Shown here: piece after piece, positions 16,195 to 41,809 of the stretch | Layout of the letters: each line of letters begins with the position of its first letter | Position numbering within the stretch: the first letter of the stretch is position 1 | Assembly (NCBI GenBank): GCA_964016885.1 | Contig: OZ024741.1 | Span: 298,468,001 to 298,532,000, forward strand | Source of the DNA: Eledone cirrhosa | Lineage: Eukaryota | Direction: 5' to 3' | Length of the DNA: 64,000 bases | Made by a program: the position numbers and the translations under genes | Notes under the pieces: model-generated | The model's database searches: none | What the model was told of the DNA's origin: nothing | Seen by the model: only the letters and a program-made list of their open reading frames with translations

Positions 16195-16622
16195 TGCTAC
16201 TGTACGTCTGTATACATATATGTATGTACGTATACATACATACTTACATTTAAGTAAGTGCCATACTAAGAGTAAGAAATGAAATTTCGTTTTCATTTTT
16301 TTCAACTTATCGTTTTCGGTATGCCTGACCGATTTAACTCACTCATTATGGAAATTAGGCTGCTCAGCCGTTAATTTTCATAAGGAAAGTATATACTTTC
16401 GAACGTCCAACTATCTGGCAGATGGGTAAACGGTGCTGATGATAGCTAACAAGCTTGAAACTAGTACATCGTTCCTGTGTCAGTGTTGAACAAAAAGGTG
16501 ACGTGGTTGCCTTAACACCGTATGGCATAAATTCAGGCTGTTCAGTTTGTTTACAAACGAACAAAGCGGCGTTGTAATAAGCGACCGCTAAACTGATGCG
16601 TGCATATATGTATGTGTACCTG

Positions 16623-16678
<56 letters not shown>

Positions 16679-16724
16679 CTACTGTACGTCTGTATACATA
16701 TATGTATGTACGTATACATACATA

Positions 16725-16730
<6 letters not shown>
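16045..16730 (+). mobile_element. Retrozyme-like HHR repeat, family B (~485 bp unit)
   Basis: Terminal direct repeat 16195-16248 = 16677-16729; TA-centred inverted arm 16045-16308; other copies at 26879-27560, 40009-40310 and fragments at 57250-57545. Confidence 0.65.
16429..16473 (+). ncRNA. Type I hammerhead motif (family B)
   Basis: aacggtg CTGATGA tagc-taacaa-gctt GAAAC ta GTA catcgtt; duplicate at 27261-27305; stem-II-deleted copy at 40074-40104. Confidence 0.85.
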
Positions 16731-16793
<63 letters not shown>

Positions 16794-16824
16794 ATATATA
16801 TATATATTATATATATATATTTAT

Positions 16825-16873
<49 letters not shown>

Positions 16874-17657
16874 TAGTAATAATAATAAAATTGAAGACTA
16901 AAATCCAAAGAGGGCTCGATAAGGAAAATATATATCAAATATATAAGAACCGTAGAGCAAATATTTATTAAAATAACAGATTTAAGCAAAGAATCGCTGC
17001 TTTCACCCTTAACGGGATCTTCTGAAACTAACAAAGTCAATCTGTAAACGCAGAACTGGATATTTCAAAAAACGTTGCAACCGGAGGAAGACAGGAAGAC
17101 GATACTTTGGTTCGTGGTAACGTTCGCTGGCAAAGAACGGGAAAAAACGAATAATACGTCATTAATAGGAGCGGTGAAAAACAATTACGCGCAAAGACAA
17201 AACTACGTTTATGGTATAAAAGAGGTCGTAGACTAATGTTCTCTTAGGTGGTGCATAGAGACGTTCTCTGGCAATGAACGAAAAAACGAAGATAATAAGT
17301 CATATGTGGAGCGTGGAGAACAAAAGCACGCAAAGACAAAACCACGTAAATGGTATAGCAGAAGTCGTAGACTAAAATTCTAACTAGGAGACCAAATGAA
17401 TCTCCGCTACAGAGTTAAGAACAAAGTAAATAAATACAATACAGAAGTAATAGAAATAAATAAATACATACACGCAAACAGATACGTACGTACACAAGCA
17501 TACGCAAAACCTTACCATAGGTATACAAAACCACGCACATATAAATATGTGTGTGTGTGTATGCTTGTGTACAAATAAATAAATAATTATATAAACGTAT
17601 ATAAGTAAATAAATACGTATATAACAAGCGCACACACATACCTACATATAAATACAC

Positions 17658-18443
17658 AACGACCATTCCACTTATTACAATGATGCTCTTGCTCGAAGTG
17701 GATTTGTCGATAAGGTAGCATATACAGAGTATGAAAATAGACCTAGAAGAAATAGATCCCGTCGCATTTGTTGGTTTAACCCACCATATAATATGGAGGT
17801 GGCCACACCATTAGCTAAGATCTTTCTTTCCCTTATTACGAAGCATTTTCCCCCTACACATAAAGATAGTAAAATTTTTAATAGAAATACTATTAAAATT
17901 TCTTACTCTACTACTCCTAACCTTGCACATAACATCACAGCTTCAAATTTAGCTAAACTACCTAGCCGTAGGAACACGTGCAACCCTGTAGTTAGTACTG
18001 ACTGTAATTGTAGGAATCGGGCTGATTGCCCCCTATCCGGGAAATGCCTCTCTAGTAACATTGTCTACAAATGTAAGGTTGTAACACCCACGTCCCGTAG
18101 GGCCTACATAGGGTTAACCGCCAATAGTTTCAAGCAGCGTCTTTACATGCATACCCATTCTTTTCGTTACCATCTAAGAAGGAATATGACGTCACTTTCA
18201 GCTTATATCTGGAGTCTAAAAGACAACCACACCCAATATAAGTTACACTGGGAGATCCTAGCTAGGGCTAGATCGTATAACGGAAATAAAAGACCATGTG
18301 ACCTCTGCGCCGCTGAGGCCCTGGAAATACTCTACGCCACAGACCACATCTTAAACAAAAAATCTGAGGCAATTTCGGCTTGTAAACATAAATTGCACAA
18401 AAATTTCCTGTATTACAGCCCCACGTTATACCCTAACAGATAG
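17658..18443 (+). CDS. PLE linker + CxC/CxxxxC Zn finger + GIY-YIG endonuclease (RT missing)
   Basis: Frame open from NDHSTYYNDALARSG through WFNPPY, CNCRNRADCPLSGKCL, VYKC..YIG, CDLC..E and CKH; first ATG at 17793. Confidence 0.85.
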   Translation, partial: NDHSTYYNDALARSGFVDKVAYTEYENRPRRNRSRRICWFNPPYNMEVATPLAKIFLSLITKHFPPTHKDSKIFNRNTIKISYSTTPNLAHNITASNLAKLPSRRNTCNPVVSTDCNCRNRADCPLSGKCLSSNIVYKCKVVTPTSRRAYIGLTANSFKQRLYMHTHSFRYHLRRNMTSLSAYIWSLKDNHTQYKLHWEILARARSYNGNKRPCDLCAAEALEILYATDHILNKKSEAISACKHKLHKNFLYYSPTLYPNR

Positions 18444-19354
18444 CACGATCTATACGTGGATATTTTACGTCTTGATGTGGGAGCTAAGTATATGTTTGGT
18501 TTATTCCTTTACTTATTTGCATAGGTAAGTATATATTACCCATTTGTTTTGTGAAGGTATGTATACCTTCTCGTACGTATATTTGACTGTTATGGCGTAT
18601 CATTTTTACATATTCTGGTATTTAGGGTTTCGCTATGTGTATACGGGAGTTTTGCGTCCGAGTGAGTATGCAGGTTCGTACGTATGGTGAGTGTGTGTAT
18701 ATGTGTACTTCTTGTTTTAGTTGACTTACGTCTCCGAACATTCGTGTATTTATATGTAGGTATGTGTGTGCGCTTGTTATATACGTATTTATTTACTTAT
18801 ATACGTTTATATAATTATTTATTTATTTGTACACAAGCAACACTCACACACATATTTATATGTGCGTGGTTTTGTATACCTATGGTAAGGTTTTGCGTAT
18901 GCTTGTGTACGTACGTATCTGTTTGCGTGTATGTATTTATTTATTTCTATTACTTCTGTATTGTATTTATTTACTTTGTTCTTAACTCTGTAGCGGAGAT
19001 TCATTTGGTCTCCTAGTTAGATTTTTAGTCTACGACTTCTGCTATACCATTTACGTGGTTTTGTCTTTGCGTGCTTTTGTTCTCCACGCTCCACATATGA
19101 CTTATTATCTTTGTTTTTTCGTTCATTGCCAGAGAACGTCTCTATGCACCACCTAAGAGAACATTAGTCTACGACCTCTTTTATACCATAAACGTAGTTT
19201 TGTCTTTGCGCGTAATTGTTTTTCACCGCTCCTATTAATGACGTATTATTCGTTTTTTCCCGTTCTTTGCCAGCGAACGTTACCACGAACCAAAGTATCG
19301 TCTTCCTGTCTTCCTCCGGTTGCAACGTTTTTTGAAATATCCAGTTCTGCGTTT

Positions 19355-19430
19355 ACAGATTGACTTTGTTAGTTTCAGAAGATCCCGTTAAGGGTGAAAG
19401 CAGCGATTCTTTGCTTAAACTTTAATCTGT
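19355..19430 (+). ncRNA. Hammerhead motif with CAGAAGA (U4A) core near the PLE 3' end
   Basis: acagattga..agttt CAGAAGA tccc-gttaa-gggt GAAA gca-gcgattctt-tgc TT aaact-ttaatctgt; inverted copy at ~16976-17045; duplicate at 30187-30262. Confidence 0.75.
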
Positions 19431-19460
19431 TATTTTAATAAATATAATATATATCTATAT

Positions 19461-19568
<108 letters not shown>

Positions 19569-19606
19569 ATATAATATATATATATATAATATATATATAT
19601 ATAATA

Positions 19607-19653
<47 letters not shown>

Positions 19654-19864
19654 TATATATATATAATATATAGTAATAATAATAATATATAATATATAGT
19701 AATAATAATAATAGAATATATATATATATAATATTTATATAATATGATATAATATATATATATAATATAATATATATATATATATTATATATATATATAT
19801 AATATATATATATATAATATTTATATAATATGATATAATATATATATATAATATAATATATATA

Positions 19865-19906
<42 letters not shown>

Positions 19907-20613
19907 TATATATATTTATATATAATATAATATATACATATAATATATATATATATATAATATATATTTATATATATAATATAATATATATATATATTAT
20001 ATATATATATATAATACATATATATATGCTATATATATCTATATATAATATAATATATACATATAATATATATATATATATATAATATATATTTATATAT
20101 ATAATATATATATATAATATATATATATAATATATATATAGTAATAATAATAGATTTGAAGACTAAAATCCAAAGAGGGCTCGATAAGGATAATATACAT
20201 CAAATATATAAGAACCTTAGAGCAAATTAATCTGTTATTTTAATTAATATATATATATATATAATATATATATATTATATATATATATATAATATATATA
20301 TAATATATATATATTATATATATATATATAATATATATATAATATATATCTATATATATAATATATCTATATATATAATATATATATAATATATATATGA
20401 ATATAATATATATTATATATATATATTATATGTATATATTATATATATATATACATATATAATATATATATATATATCTAATATATATATATAAATATAT
20501 ATATATATTACATATATATATATATATATAATATATATATATATTATATATATATAATATATATATAATATATATCCATATATATAATATATCTATATAT
20601 ATAATATATATAT

Positions 20614-20646
<33 letters not shown>

Positions 20647-20685
20647 TACATATATATATATTTTATATATATATATTTATATATA

Positions 20686-20718
<33 letters not shown>

Positions 20719-20850
20719 ATATGTATATATATATAAATATATATATATATATTATATATATATATATATATATTTTATATACATGTATATTTTATATATA
20801 TATATATATTATTATATATATATATATATTTTATATATATATATTATATA

Positions 20851-20936
<86 letters not shown>

Positions 20937-20941
<5 letters not shown>

Positions 20942-21600
20942 CAAATAACGAAACGAAATTAAATTTCGTTTCGTTTGTAACTTACTTTTGTATGACTGAC
21001 GCTTAAACAATTAAGTTAAAAATGTACATCCATATACGTATACTGAAATACTAGTATGCATATGAATACACACACGTATACATATGTAGATGTACCAAGT
21101 CTTTCACTGGTTACTTTACTGTGGGTATCCAGCTATTCTGTATGTAAACACACAGACAAACCGGTTTTTAGAGTCATACTGGTTTTTGAGGAAACACCTT
21201 TCCTCTATTCTCCAGAAAGCCAGACAAGGAATATTGAACTAGTTTCGTTGTTGTTACAACTCATCAGCAATATTTACCTATCTACCGGCCTTTCTGGAGA
21301 ATCGTAAAAGCACATATTGTTATATGCTTTTTCTATGAAAATTAGTAGTGGGCAGACTAATTTGCATAGAGTGTGAGTACGTACCGGTTCAACGGAGACG
21401 ATAAAAACAAATAACGAAACGAAATTAAATTTCGTTTCGTTTGTAACTCACTTTTGTATGACTGACGCTTAAACAATTAAGTTAAAAATGTACATCCATA
21501 TATGTATACTGAAATACTAGTATGCATATGAATACACACACGTATACATATGTAGATGTACCAAGTCTTTCACTGTTTACTTTACTGTGAGTATCCAGTA
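20937..21600 (-). mobile_element. Retrozyme-like HHR repeat, family A (1.4 units of ~467 bp)
   Basis: 20937-21130 is repeated at 21403-21598; HHR at 21230-21274; duplicate at 31749-32412. Confidence 0.8.
21230..21274 (-). ncRNA. Type I hammerhead motif (family A)
   Basis: Identical to 40933-40977; duplicate at 32042-32086. Confidence 0.9.
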
Positions 21601-21624
21601 TCCAATATATATATATATATTTTA

Positions 21625-21725
<101 letters not shown>

Positions 21726-21775
21726 TATATATATATAGATAAAATATATATATATATATATATACATATATATAA

Positions 21776-21823
<48 letters not shown>

Positions 21824-21874
21824 TATATTATATATATATATTATATTATATATAAAAATATATATTATATATAT

Positions 21875-21920
<46 letters not shown>

Positions 21921-21996
21921 AAAATATATATTATATATATTATATTATATATATATATATTATATATATATATTATATATATATATAATATATATA

Positions 21997-22036
<40 letters not shown>

Positions 22037-22082
22037 TATAATATATATATATAATATATATTATATTCATATATATATTATA

Positions 22083-22146
<64 letters not shown>

Positions 22147-22149
22147 ATA

Positions 22150-22187
<38 letters not shown>

Positions 22188-22194
22188 ATCTATC

Positions 22195-22251
<57 letters not shown>

Positions 22252-22252
22252 T

Positions 22253-22385
<133 letters not shown>

Positions 22386-22625
22386 GATAAATCTACCAAA
22401 AGTTTACGGTAGTGTCCAATCCGTATGAAGAACTCAATGTAATCCGGATATCATGGAAAGAAGAGATGCATTCAAAAATCACTTTCGGTGAAAGATAAAC
22501 GGAATACAGAGTCAAGATAAAATATTAAAAAAATAATGAATAAAACAAAGAAACAGTTCCTTATATTAAACAAAAAAAGTTCATTATTTAACGATCGTTT
22601 TCTAGGACATATATGTGTTAGAATT

Positions 22626-22825
22626 NNNNNNNNNNNNNNNNNNNNNNNNNNNNNNNNNNNNNNNNNNNNNNNNNNNNNNNNNNNNNNNNNNNNNNNNNNN
22701 NNNNNNNNNNNNNNNNNNNNNNNNNNNNNNNNNNNNNNNNNNNNNNNNNNNNNNNNNNNNNNNNNNNNNNNNNNNNNNNNNNNNNNNNNNNNNNNNNNNN
22801 NNNNNNNNNNNNNNNNNNNNNNNNN
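22626..22825. other. Assembly gap (200 N)
   Basis: Run of N. Confidence 1.
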
Positions 22826-33411
<10,586 letters not shown>

Positions 33412-33859
33412 GGCATGCATATTCAAAAGATCTATGCACAAAATTATACAAACTATCAAGGAGAATATACATAACATCACATATATATGCTGTCTTCAGA
33501 ATTAATGAAGTATATTTATTGATAATAACAACAATTCAAAATTACAGGTCTGTTTGGGAACAGATTTTAAATAGACCAATGAAATACATAAAAATTCATC
33601 AAGAAAATACAGTTAGGTGTGTGTATACATGTAAGTAAATTCGTTCACAGATATGCATAAAAATGTATGCTCACATGCATACGCATGTCGAAAAAGTGTA
33701 TGTAAATATAAAAATTTAGGGCTAAAGTCTCTGTATGTTTATAATCTACAGACAAAATATACATACATATACATATATACATACATATATACACACATAT
33801 ACACACATTCATACACACACACGCATATACACACAAACACACACATACCTACGAACACA

Positions 33860-33891
<32 letters not shown>

Positions 33892-34364
33892 TACGTATAT
33901 ATTATTATTATAACTATATGGATATTGAGGCGCACACATAAACACGGCCACACACACTTACATTTAGATGCAGAATTAAAAGGAGGTAAGGGAGTAAGTA
34001 ATTAAAGGAGAGTGTCAGACTCAGCATATTTATAAAAATGTATCTATAAAGTTAGAAACAAAAAAAAATTTTTTATAGAAGGAAAAAACTTAAAAACAGG
34101 GGAACAAAAAATAAGGGGGGGGGGGGGTTACGTAATACACAGACGCGAATGTCTCACAAAAGAAATATAACAAAAACAAAAAAACATAAAAGAGAGACAT
34201 AAAATATACATGCTTATATACATACGCACATTTACACATCCATACGTTCGATACATACATACGTACACACACACACATACACATACTTAACCTCACACAT
34301 ATTAACCTGTTTGTATGCATATACATAAAAACAAGTAAAACATATACTCATACATATAAATACA

Positions 34365-34420
<56 letters not shown>

Positions 34421-34470
34421 CACACAACACACATATATACATATATGTACACACACATACACACATACAT

Positions 34471-34516
<46 letters not shown>

Positions 34517-34517
<1 letters not shown>

Positions 34518-34700
34518 AAAAAGAAGAAAGAGGCCCACAAGATCAGTAATTTGGGCAGAATCGCTTGAACCCATAGTAATATCAAATAGATTACTATATG
34601 TGTTTCTGGTCCAGTATTCATTCTGAAATTCAATAAGTGTTAGTCTAGCATGTGTAATAATATTAATGTCATCCAAAGTTAAGTTAGATCTATTTTTAGC
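34517..34700 (-). pseudogene. Inverted fragment of PLE reverse transcriptase
   Basis: [52 protein letters not shown] matches AKDNSDLTNDEIKIILEARKTIVKFENSYW..FDITMGSNDSAEITDIVGLFIA. Confidence 0.9.
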
Positions 34701-35808
34701 AGATGATAAAAATGCGACCTTCTATAACGAAGCTCTAGATAGAAGTGGCCACAAAAATAGATTGGAATATATACCTTCTACTAGTAACACTATAAACATA
34801 CAACCTAATATTACCAACAAACACCAAATGAAAAGTACACACCTAAATGCCACTCACACTATACCCCAAAATACCAACATAAAACCAAATTTCTCTAACT
34901 CCTCTAATATAAAGTATAGTAACTCTCAAAAAACTACTCATCATACAACTCTAATAAATGTTAATAATAAAACTCCTAATAAACAAGCTAAAACACCTAA
35001 ATCAATAAATCTAACTAAAAATGTGCGTGGTGAGGTCATTAACATTAATCCTCCTAGTAAACATCACGATGCATCCTATAAAAACAATAAACAACATAGA
35101 AACCGTAATAGACGAGTTACTTGGTATAATGCTCCATTTAATTTACAAATTAAGGATAATATAGCTAAACAAATTTTTAATATCCTAGAGAAAAACTTCC
35201 CGCCAAACCACAAATACCATCAAATCTTAAATAGATCAACAGTTAAATTCTCATACCCAACAACCAAAAATATAAAACAAAATATAAGTGCCTATAATGC
35301 ATATAAATGTAAAAAAACCATAAGTATACCACCAATACATCAAACTAACCATAATATCTCCTCAAATACAGAATTAACGAAAGGTTGTAACTGTAGAAAC
35401 AAAGCAAACTGCCCATTAAAAGGAAATTGTCTTGTTAACAACATAGTTTATAAATGTAAAGTTAAAACTAAAGATTCTATTTGCTCATATATAGGAGCTA
35501 CTTCTAACAATTTTAAGGTAAGGTTTAATACCCACAAACATAGTTTTAAAAATGCCGCACTGGCTAATACATCTCTAGCAGAAAAAATTAATAGTTATAG
35601 AAATAAGAATATAGAATATGATATGACCTGGAGTGTGCTCAAAAGAGCCACCCCTTATCAAAATAATAGAAATGAATGTAGATTGTGTTCCCAAGAACTA
35701 TTTGAAATAATGAAATCTAAGGATATCCTATTAATTAAGCGACAGGAATTAATTATATCGTGTAATCATAAACTGAGAAAAACATTTAAATATTATAAAC
35801 CTAATTAA
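34666..35808 (+). CDS. PLE linker + Zn finger + GIY-YIG endonuclease (RT missing; ATG supplied by the inverted fragment)
   Basis: [47 protein letters not shown]. Confidence 0.85.
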   Translation: MSSKVKLDLFLADDKNATFYNEALDRSGHKNRLEYIPSTSNTINIQPNITNKHQMKSTHLNATHTIPQNTNIKPNFSNSSNIKYSNSQKTTHHTTLINVNNKTPNKQAKTPKSINLTKNVRGEVININPPSKHHDASYKNNKQHRNRNRRVTWYNAPFNLQIKDNIAKQIFNILEKNFPPNHKYHQILNRSTVKFSYPTTKNIKQNISAYNAYKCKKTISIPPIHQTNHNISSNTELTKGCNCRNKANCPLKGNCLVNNIVYKCKVKTKDSICSYIGATSNNFKVRFNTHKHSFKNAALANTSLAEKINSYRNKNIEYDMTWSVLKRATPYQNNRNECRLCSQELFEIMKSKDILLIKRQELIISCNHKLRKTFKYYKPN

Positions 35809-36760
35809 TAATATATATTTTAGAAATTAATATATAAATTAATTTAAATGTAGTTAACCTATAATTTTAATTTAATTAAAATTCTACTACAGATGAAATT
35901 AAAAAATATCGTATAATCATAAACTGTGAAAAACTTTTAAATATTATTAACATAATTAATATATACTTTGGAAATTAATATATAGATTAATTTTAGTTTA
36001 TTTAACCTTTTATTAAAATTCCTTTACAGATGAAATATAACAAAATATCGTGTAATCAATAACAGAGAAATACTTTTTAATATTATAAACCTAATTAATA
36101 TACAATTTATAAATTAATTTATAAATTAATTTTAATTTAGTTAACCTATAATTTTAATTTAGTTAGCTTAAAATTAAAATTCTAATACAGATGGATTGCA
36201 GAATATCGTGTAATCATAAACTGAGAAAAACTTTTAAATATATACCTAATTAATATATTCTTTACAAATAAATATATAGATTAATTTTAATTTAGTTAAC
36301 CTATAATTATATTCTACTATAGATAAAATACAAAATTTTGCTTTAATTATTATAAACTTAATTAACATATACTATAGAAATTAATATATAATTTTTAATT
36401 TAGTTAACCTATAATTAATATTCTACTACCGATGAAATACTTATTTTGGCTTTCCCTATTACAAAATTAATTTCCTAAAATTGATAACATCATGTTAATA
36501 TTTTTAATTTAGTTATGCTATAATTAATACTCTACTACTGTTTAACTTCAAAATTCCGCTTTAAATATTATAAACCTAAGTAGTATACACCTTAGAAATT
36601 AATATATTAACTATTTTTACTTTAATTAACCTATAATTAATAGTCTACTTATATTAAAATACATAATTTAGCCTTCTTTCTTACAAATACCATTTCCTAA
36701 TACTGACACTACTATGTAAACACATATTATGATTTAAATGCAGATTAATATTCTATGTTC
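35755..36760 (+). repeat. Degenerate tandem repeat (~110-155 bp units) derived from the ORF end
   Basis: atatcgtgtaatcataaactgagaaaaac recurs near 35755, 35905, 36045 and 36202; ttagttaacctataatt persists in later, shorter units. Confidence 0.8.
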
Positions 36761-36942
36761 CTTGAAACCTATATTTACTATTTCCCACTAATAATTTTAA
36801 TCTCCCCCCCCCCCAATAATTATTCGTATTTGTAAGCGTGGATGTATGTATGTGTATGTAAGTATGTATGTATGTATGTTTGTGTGTTTGTATGTGAGCA
36901 TAAAAATACATATGTGTGCATGTAAATATGTGTGTATGAGTG

Positions 36943-36979
<37 letters not shown>

Positions 36980-37081
36980 GTGTATGTATGTATGTGTATG
37001 TATATGTATTTGTAGAGATGTGTGTATGTATGTGTATATATGTGCATAATTGTCTGACTGTGTGTATTTATTTATTTTTTT

Positions 37082-37125
<44 letters not shown>

Positions 37126-37269
37126 TATGTCTGTCTCTATATTTATGTATGTCTGAGTGTGTGTGTGTGTGTGTGGTTGTGTGTATATATACATGGGTAT
37201 GTGTGTGTGTATGTGTATATATATGTATATGTATGTGTGTGTGTATATATGTGTGTATATATATGTGTG

Positions 37270-37300
<31 letters not shown>

Positions 37301-37361
37301 GTATGTGTATGTATGTGTGTATGTGTGTGTACATATATGTATATATGTGTGTTGTGTGTAT

Positions 37362-37440
<79 letters not shown>

Positions 37441-37912
37441 TGTATTTATATGTATGAGTATATGTTTTACTTGTTTTTATGTATATGCATACAAACAGGT
37501 TAATATGTGTGAGGTTAAGTATGTGTATGTGTGTATGTGTACGTATGTATGTATCGAACGTATGGATGTGTAAATGTGCGTATGTATATAAGCATGTATA
37601 TTTTATGTCTCTCTTTTATGTTTTTTTGTTTTTGTTATATTTCTTTTGTGAGACATTCGCGTCTGTGTATGTACGTAACCCCCCCCCCTTATTTTTTGTT
37701 CCCCTGTTTTTAAGTTTTTTCCTTCTATAAAAATTTTTTTTTTATTTCTAACTTTATAGATACATTTTTATAAATATGCTGAGTCTGACACTCTCCTTTT
37801 AATTACTTACTCCCTTACCTCCTTTTAATTCTGCATCTAAATGTAAGTGTGTGTGGCCGTGTTTATGTGTGCGCCTCAATATCCATATAGTTATAATAAT
37901 AATATATACGTA

Positions 37913-37944
<32 letters not shown>

Positions 37945-38506
37945 TATGTTCGTAGGTATGTGTGTGTTTGTGTGTATATACGTGTGTGTGTATGAATGTG
38001 TGTATATGTGTGTATATATGTATGTATATATATATGTATATGTATGTATATTTTGTCTGTAGATTATAAACATACAGAGACTTTAGCCCTAAATTTTTAT
38101 ATTTACATACACTTTTTCGACATGCGTATGCATGTGAACATACATTTTTATGCATATCTGTGAACGAATTTACTTACATATATACACACACCTAACTGTA
38201 TTTTCTTGATTAATTTTTATGTATTTCATTGGTCTATTTAAAATCTGTTCCCAAACAGACCTGTAATTTTGAATTGTTGTTATTATCAATAAATATACTT
38301 CATTATTTCTGAATATATATGTGATGGTAAGTATATTCTCCTTGATAGTTTGTATAATTTTGTGCATAGATCTTTTGAATATGCATGCCAATTCTAACAC
38401 ATATATGTCCTAGAAACGATAGTTAAATAATTAACTTTTTTTGTTTAATATAAGGAACTGTTTCTTTGTTTTATTCATTATTTTTTTAATATTTTATATA
38501 TATATA

Positions 38507-38629
<123 letters not shown>

Positions 38630-38718
38630 AATATATATTATATATTTATATTATATTATATATAAAAATATATATTATATATATATATTATATTATATAT
38701 ATATATATATTATATATG

Positions 38719-38780
<62 letters not shown>

Positions 38781-38825
38781 AATATATATATAATATATAT
38801 ATATAATATATATAAATATATATAT

Positions 38826-38869
<44 letters not shown>

Positions 38870-39054
38870 TATATAATATATATAATATTCATATATCTAT
38901 AATATATATATTTAATATATATTATATTCATATATATATAATATATATTGTATTCATATAGCTATTATATATATATAATATATATTATATTCATATATAT
39001 ATATAATATATATTATATTCATATATCTATTATATATATATAATATATATTATA

Positions 39055-39122
<68 letters not shown>

Positions 39123-39158
39123 TCATATATCTATTATATATATATAATATATATTATA

Positions 39159-39214
<56 letters not shown>

Positions 39215-39605
39215 TATATTCATATATATATTATATATATATAAAATATATAATATATATATATATATATATAATATATATATATCTATATATATATAAT
39301 ATATATCTATATATAATATATAGTAATAATAATAATATATAATATATAGTAATAATAATAATATAATATATATATATATTATATATATAATATGATATAA
39401 TATATATATATAATATAATATATATATATATTATATATATATATAATGCATATATATATACTATATATATATCTATATAATATAATATACATATAATATA
39501 TATATATAATATAATATATATATATAATATATATATATAATATAATATATATATATAATATATATATATAATATATATATATATAATATATATATATAAT
39601 ATATA

Positions 39606-39705
<100 letters not shown>

Positions 39706-39929
39706 TTAAAGAATTAAACAAGATTCAATGAGTACATCAAAGAATGAGTTTTACAGTTGATTGGAAGCACTCTACAGCTAAAATATTTTCCAGAGTTATT
39801 AATATTAAAATACAAATATTAATAAAATAGATGTTCTTTTGATCAATTTAATTTTATTATACATATTTCAGAGGTACAATATATATATATATAATATATA
39901 TATATATAATGTATATATATATATAATAT

Positions 39930-40009
<80 letters not shown>

Positions 40010-40318
40010 GCCGTTAATATGCATAAGGAAAGTATATACTTTCAGACGTTCAATCATCTGGCAGGAAGGTATACGATGCTGATAAGCTTGAAACTAGTAC
40101 ATCGATCCTTTGTCAGTGTTGAACAAAAGGGCAACGATGGTTGCTAAACAATGTAAGGCTTAATTCGGGCTGTTTGTTTACAAACAAACCGAGCATTATA
40201 ATAAATGTTCGGTAAACCCATACGTACATACATATATATGTGCATGTATATATATATATATACATACTACTGTACGTCTGTATACATATATGTATGTACG
40301 TATACATACTTATATATA

Positions 40319-40462
<144 letters not shown>

Positions 40463-40932
40463 CAGTTCAATATTCAATATATATATATATATAAAAACTA
40501 GTTCAATATTCCTTGTCTGGCTTTCTGGAGAATAGAGGGAAGGTGTTCCCCCGAAAACCAGTATGACTCTAAAAACCGGTTTGTCTGTGTGTTTACATAC
40601 AGAATAGCTGGGCTGCTCACAGTAAAGCAACCAGTGAAAGACTTGTTACACCTACATATGTATACGTGTGTGTATTCATATACACACTAGTATTTCAGTA
40701 TGCATATGTAGATGTACATTTTTAACTTAATTGTTTAAGCGTCAGTCATACAAAAGTGAGTTACAAACGAAACGAAATTTAATTTCGTTTCGTTATTTGT
40801 TTTTATCGTCTCCGCTGAACCGGTGCTTACTCACACTCTATGCAAATTAGTCTGCCCACTACTAATTTTCATAGAAAAAGCATATAACGATATGTGCTTT
40901 TACAATTCTCCAGAAGGGCCGGTAGATAGGTA

Positions 40933-40977
40933 AATATTGCTGATGAGTTGTAACAACAACGAAACTAGTTCAATATT
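40933..40977 (+). ncRNA. Type I hammerhead motif (family A)
   Basis: aatattg CTGATGA gttg-taacaa-caac GAAAC ta GTT caatatt; stems I and II perfect, stem III is the palindrome ACTAGT. Confidence 0.92.
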
Positions 40978-41399
40978 CCTTGTCTGGCTTTCTGGAGAAT
41001 AGAGGGAAGGTGTTCCCCCGAAAACCAGTATGACTCTAAAAACCGCTTTGTCTGTGTGTTTACATACAGAATAGCTGGGCTGCTCACAGTAAAGCAACCA
41101 GTGAAAGACTTGTTACACCTACATATGTATACGTGTGTGTATTCATATACACACTAGTATTTCAGTATGCATATGTAGATGTACATTTTTAACTTAATTG
41201 TTTAAGCGTCAGTCATACAAAAGTGAGTTACAAACGAAACGAAATTTAATTTCGTTTCGTTATTTGATTTTATCGTCTCCGCTGAACCGGTGCGTACTCA
41301 CACTCTATGCAAATTAGTCTGCCCACTACTAATTTTCATAGAAAAAGCATATAACGATATGTGCTTTTACAATTCTCCAGAAGGGCCGGTAGATAGGTA

Positions 41400-41444
41400 A
41401 ATATTGCTGATGAGTTGTAACAACAACGAAACTAGTTCAATATT
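41400..41444 (+). ncRNA. Type I hammerhead motif (family A, next unit)
   Basis: Identical motif 467 bp downstream. Confidence 0.92.
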
Positions 41445-41662
41445 CCTTGTCTGGCTTTCTGGAGAATAGAGGGAAGGTGTTCCCCCGAAAACCAGTATGA
41501 CTCTAAAAACCGGTTTGTCTGTGTGTTTACATACAGAATAGCTGGGCTGCTCACAGTAAAGCAACCAGTGAAAGACTTGTTACACCTACATATGTATACG
41601 TGTGTGTATTCATATACACACTAGTATTTCAGTATGCATATGTAGATGTACATTTTTTCAAC

Positions 41663-41720
<58 letters not shown>

Positions 41721-41721
41721 T

Positions 41722-41809
<88 letters not shown>

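Larger units (their letters stand above)
16966..19443 (+). mobile_element. 5'-truncated Naiad-type PLE with an inverted copy of its 3' pseudo-LTR
   Basis: 16966-17657 is the reverse complement of 18745-19443 and brackets the GIY-YIG ORF; ends in a TA/TC microsatellite; duplicate at ~27795-30275. Confidence 0.9.
40495..41668 (+). mobile_element. Retrozyme-like tandem array, family A (~2.5 x 467 bp)
   Basis: 467 bp period with near-identical units, one HHR per unit, (TA)n on both sides. Confidence 0.85.

Noticed and set aside
40495-41668. CRISPR-like array
   Set aside because: Eukaryotic context, and whole units repeat with no unique spacers.
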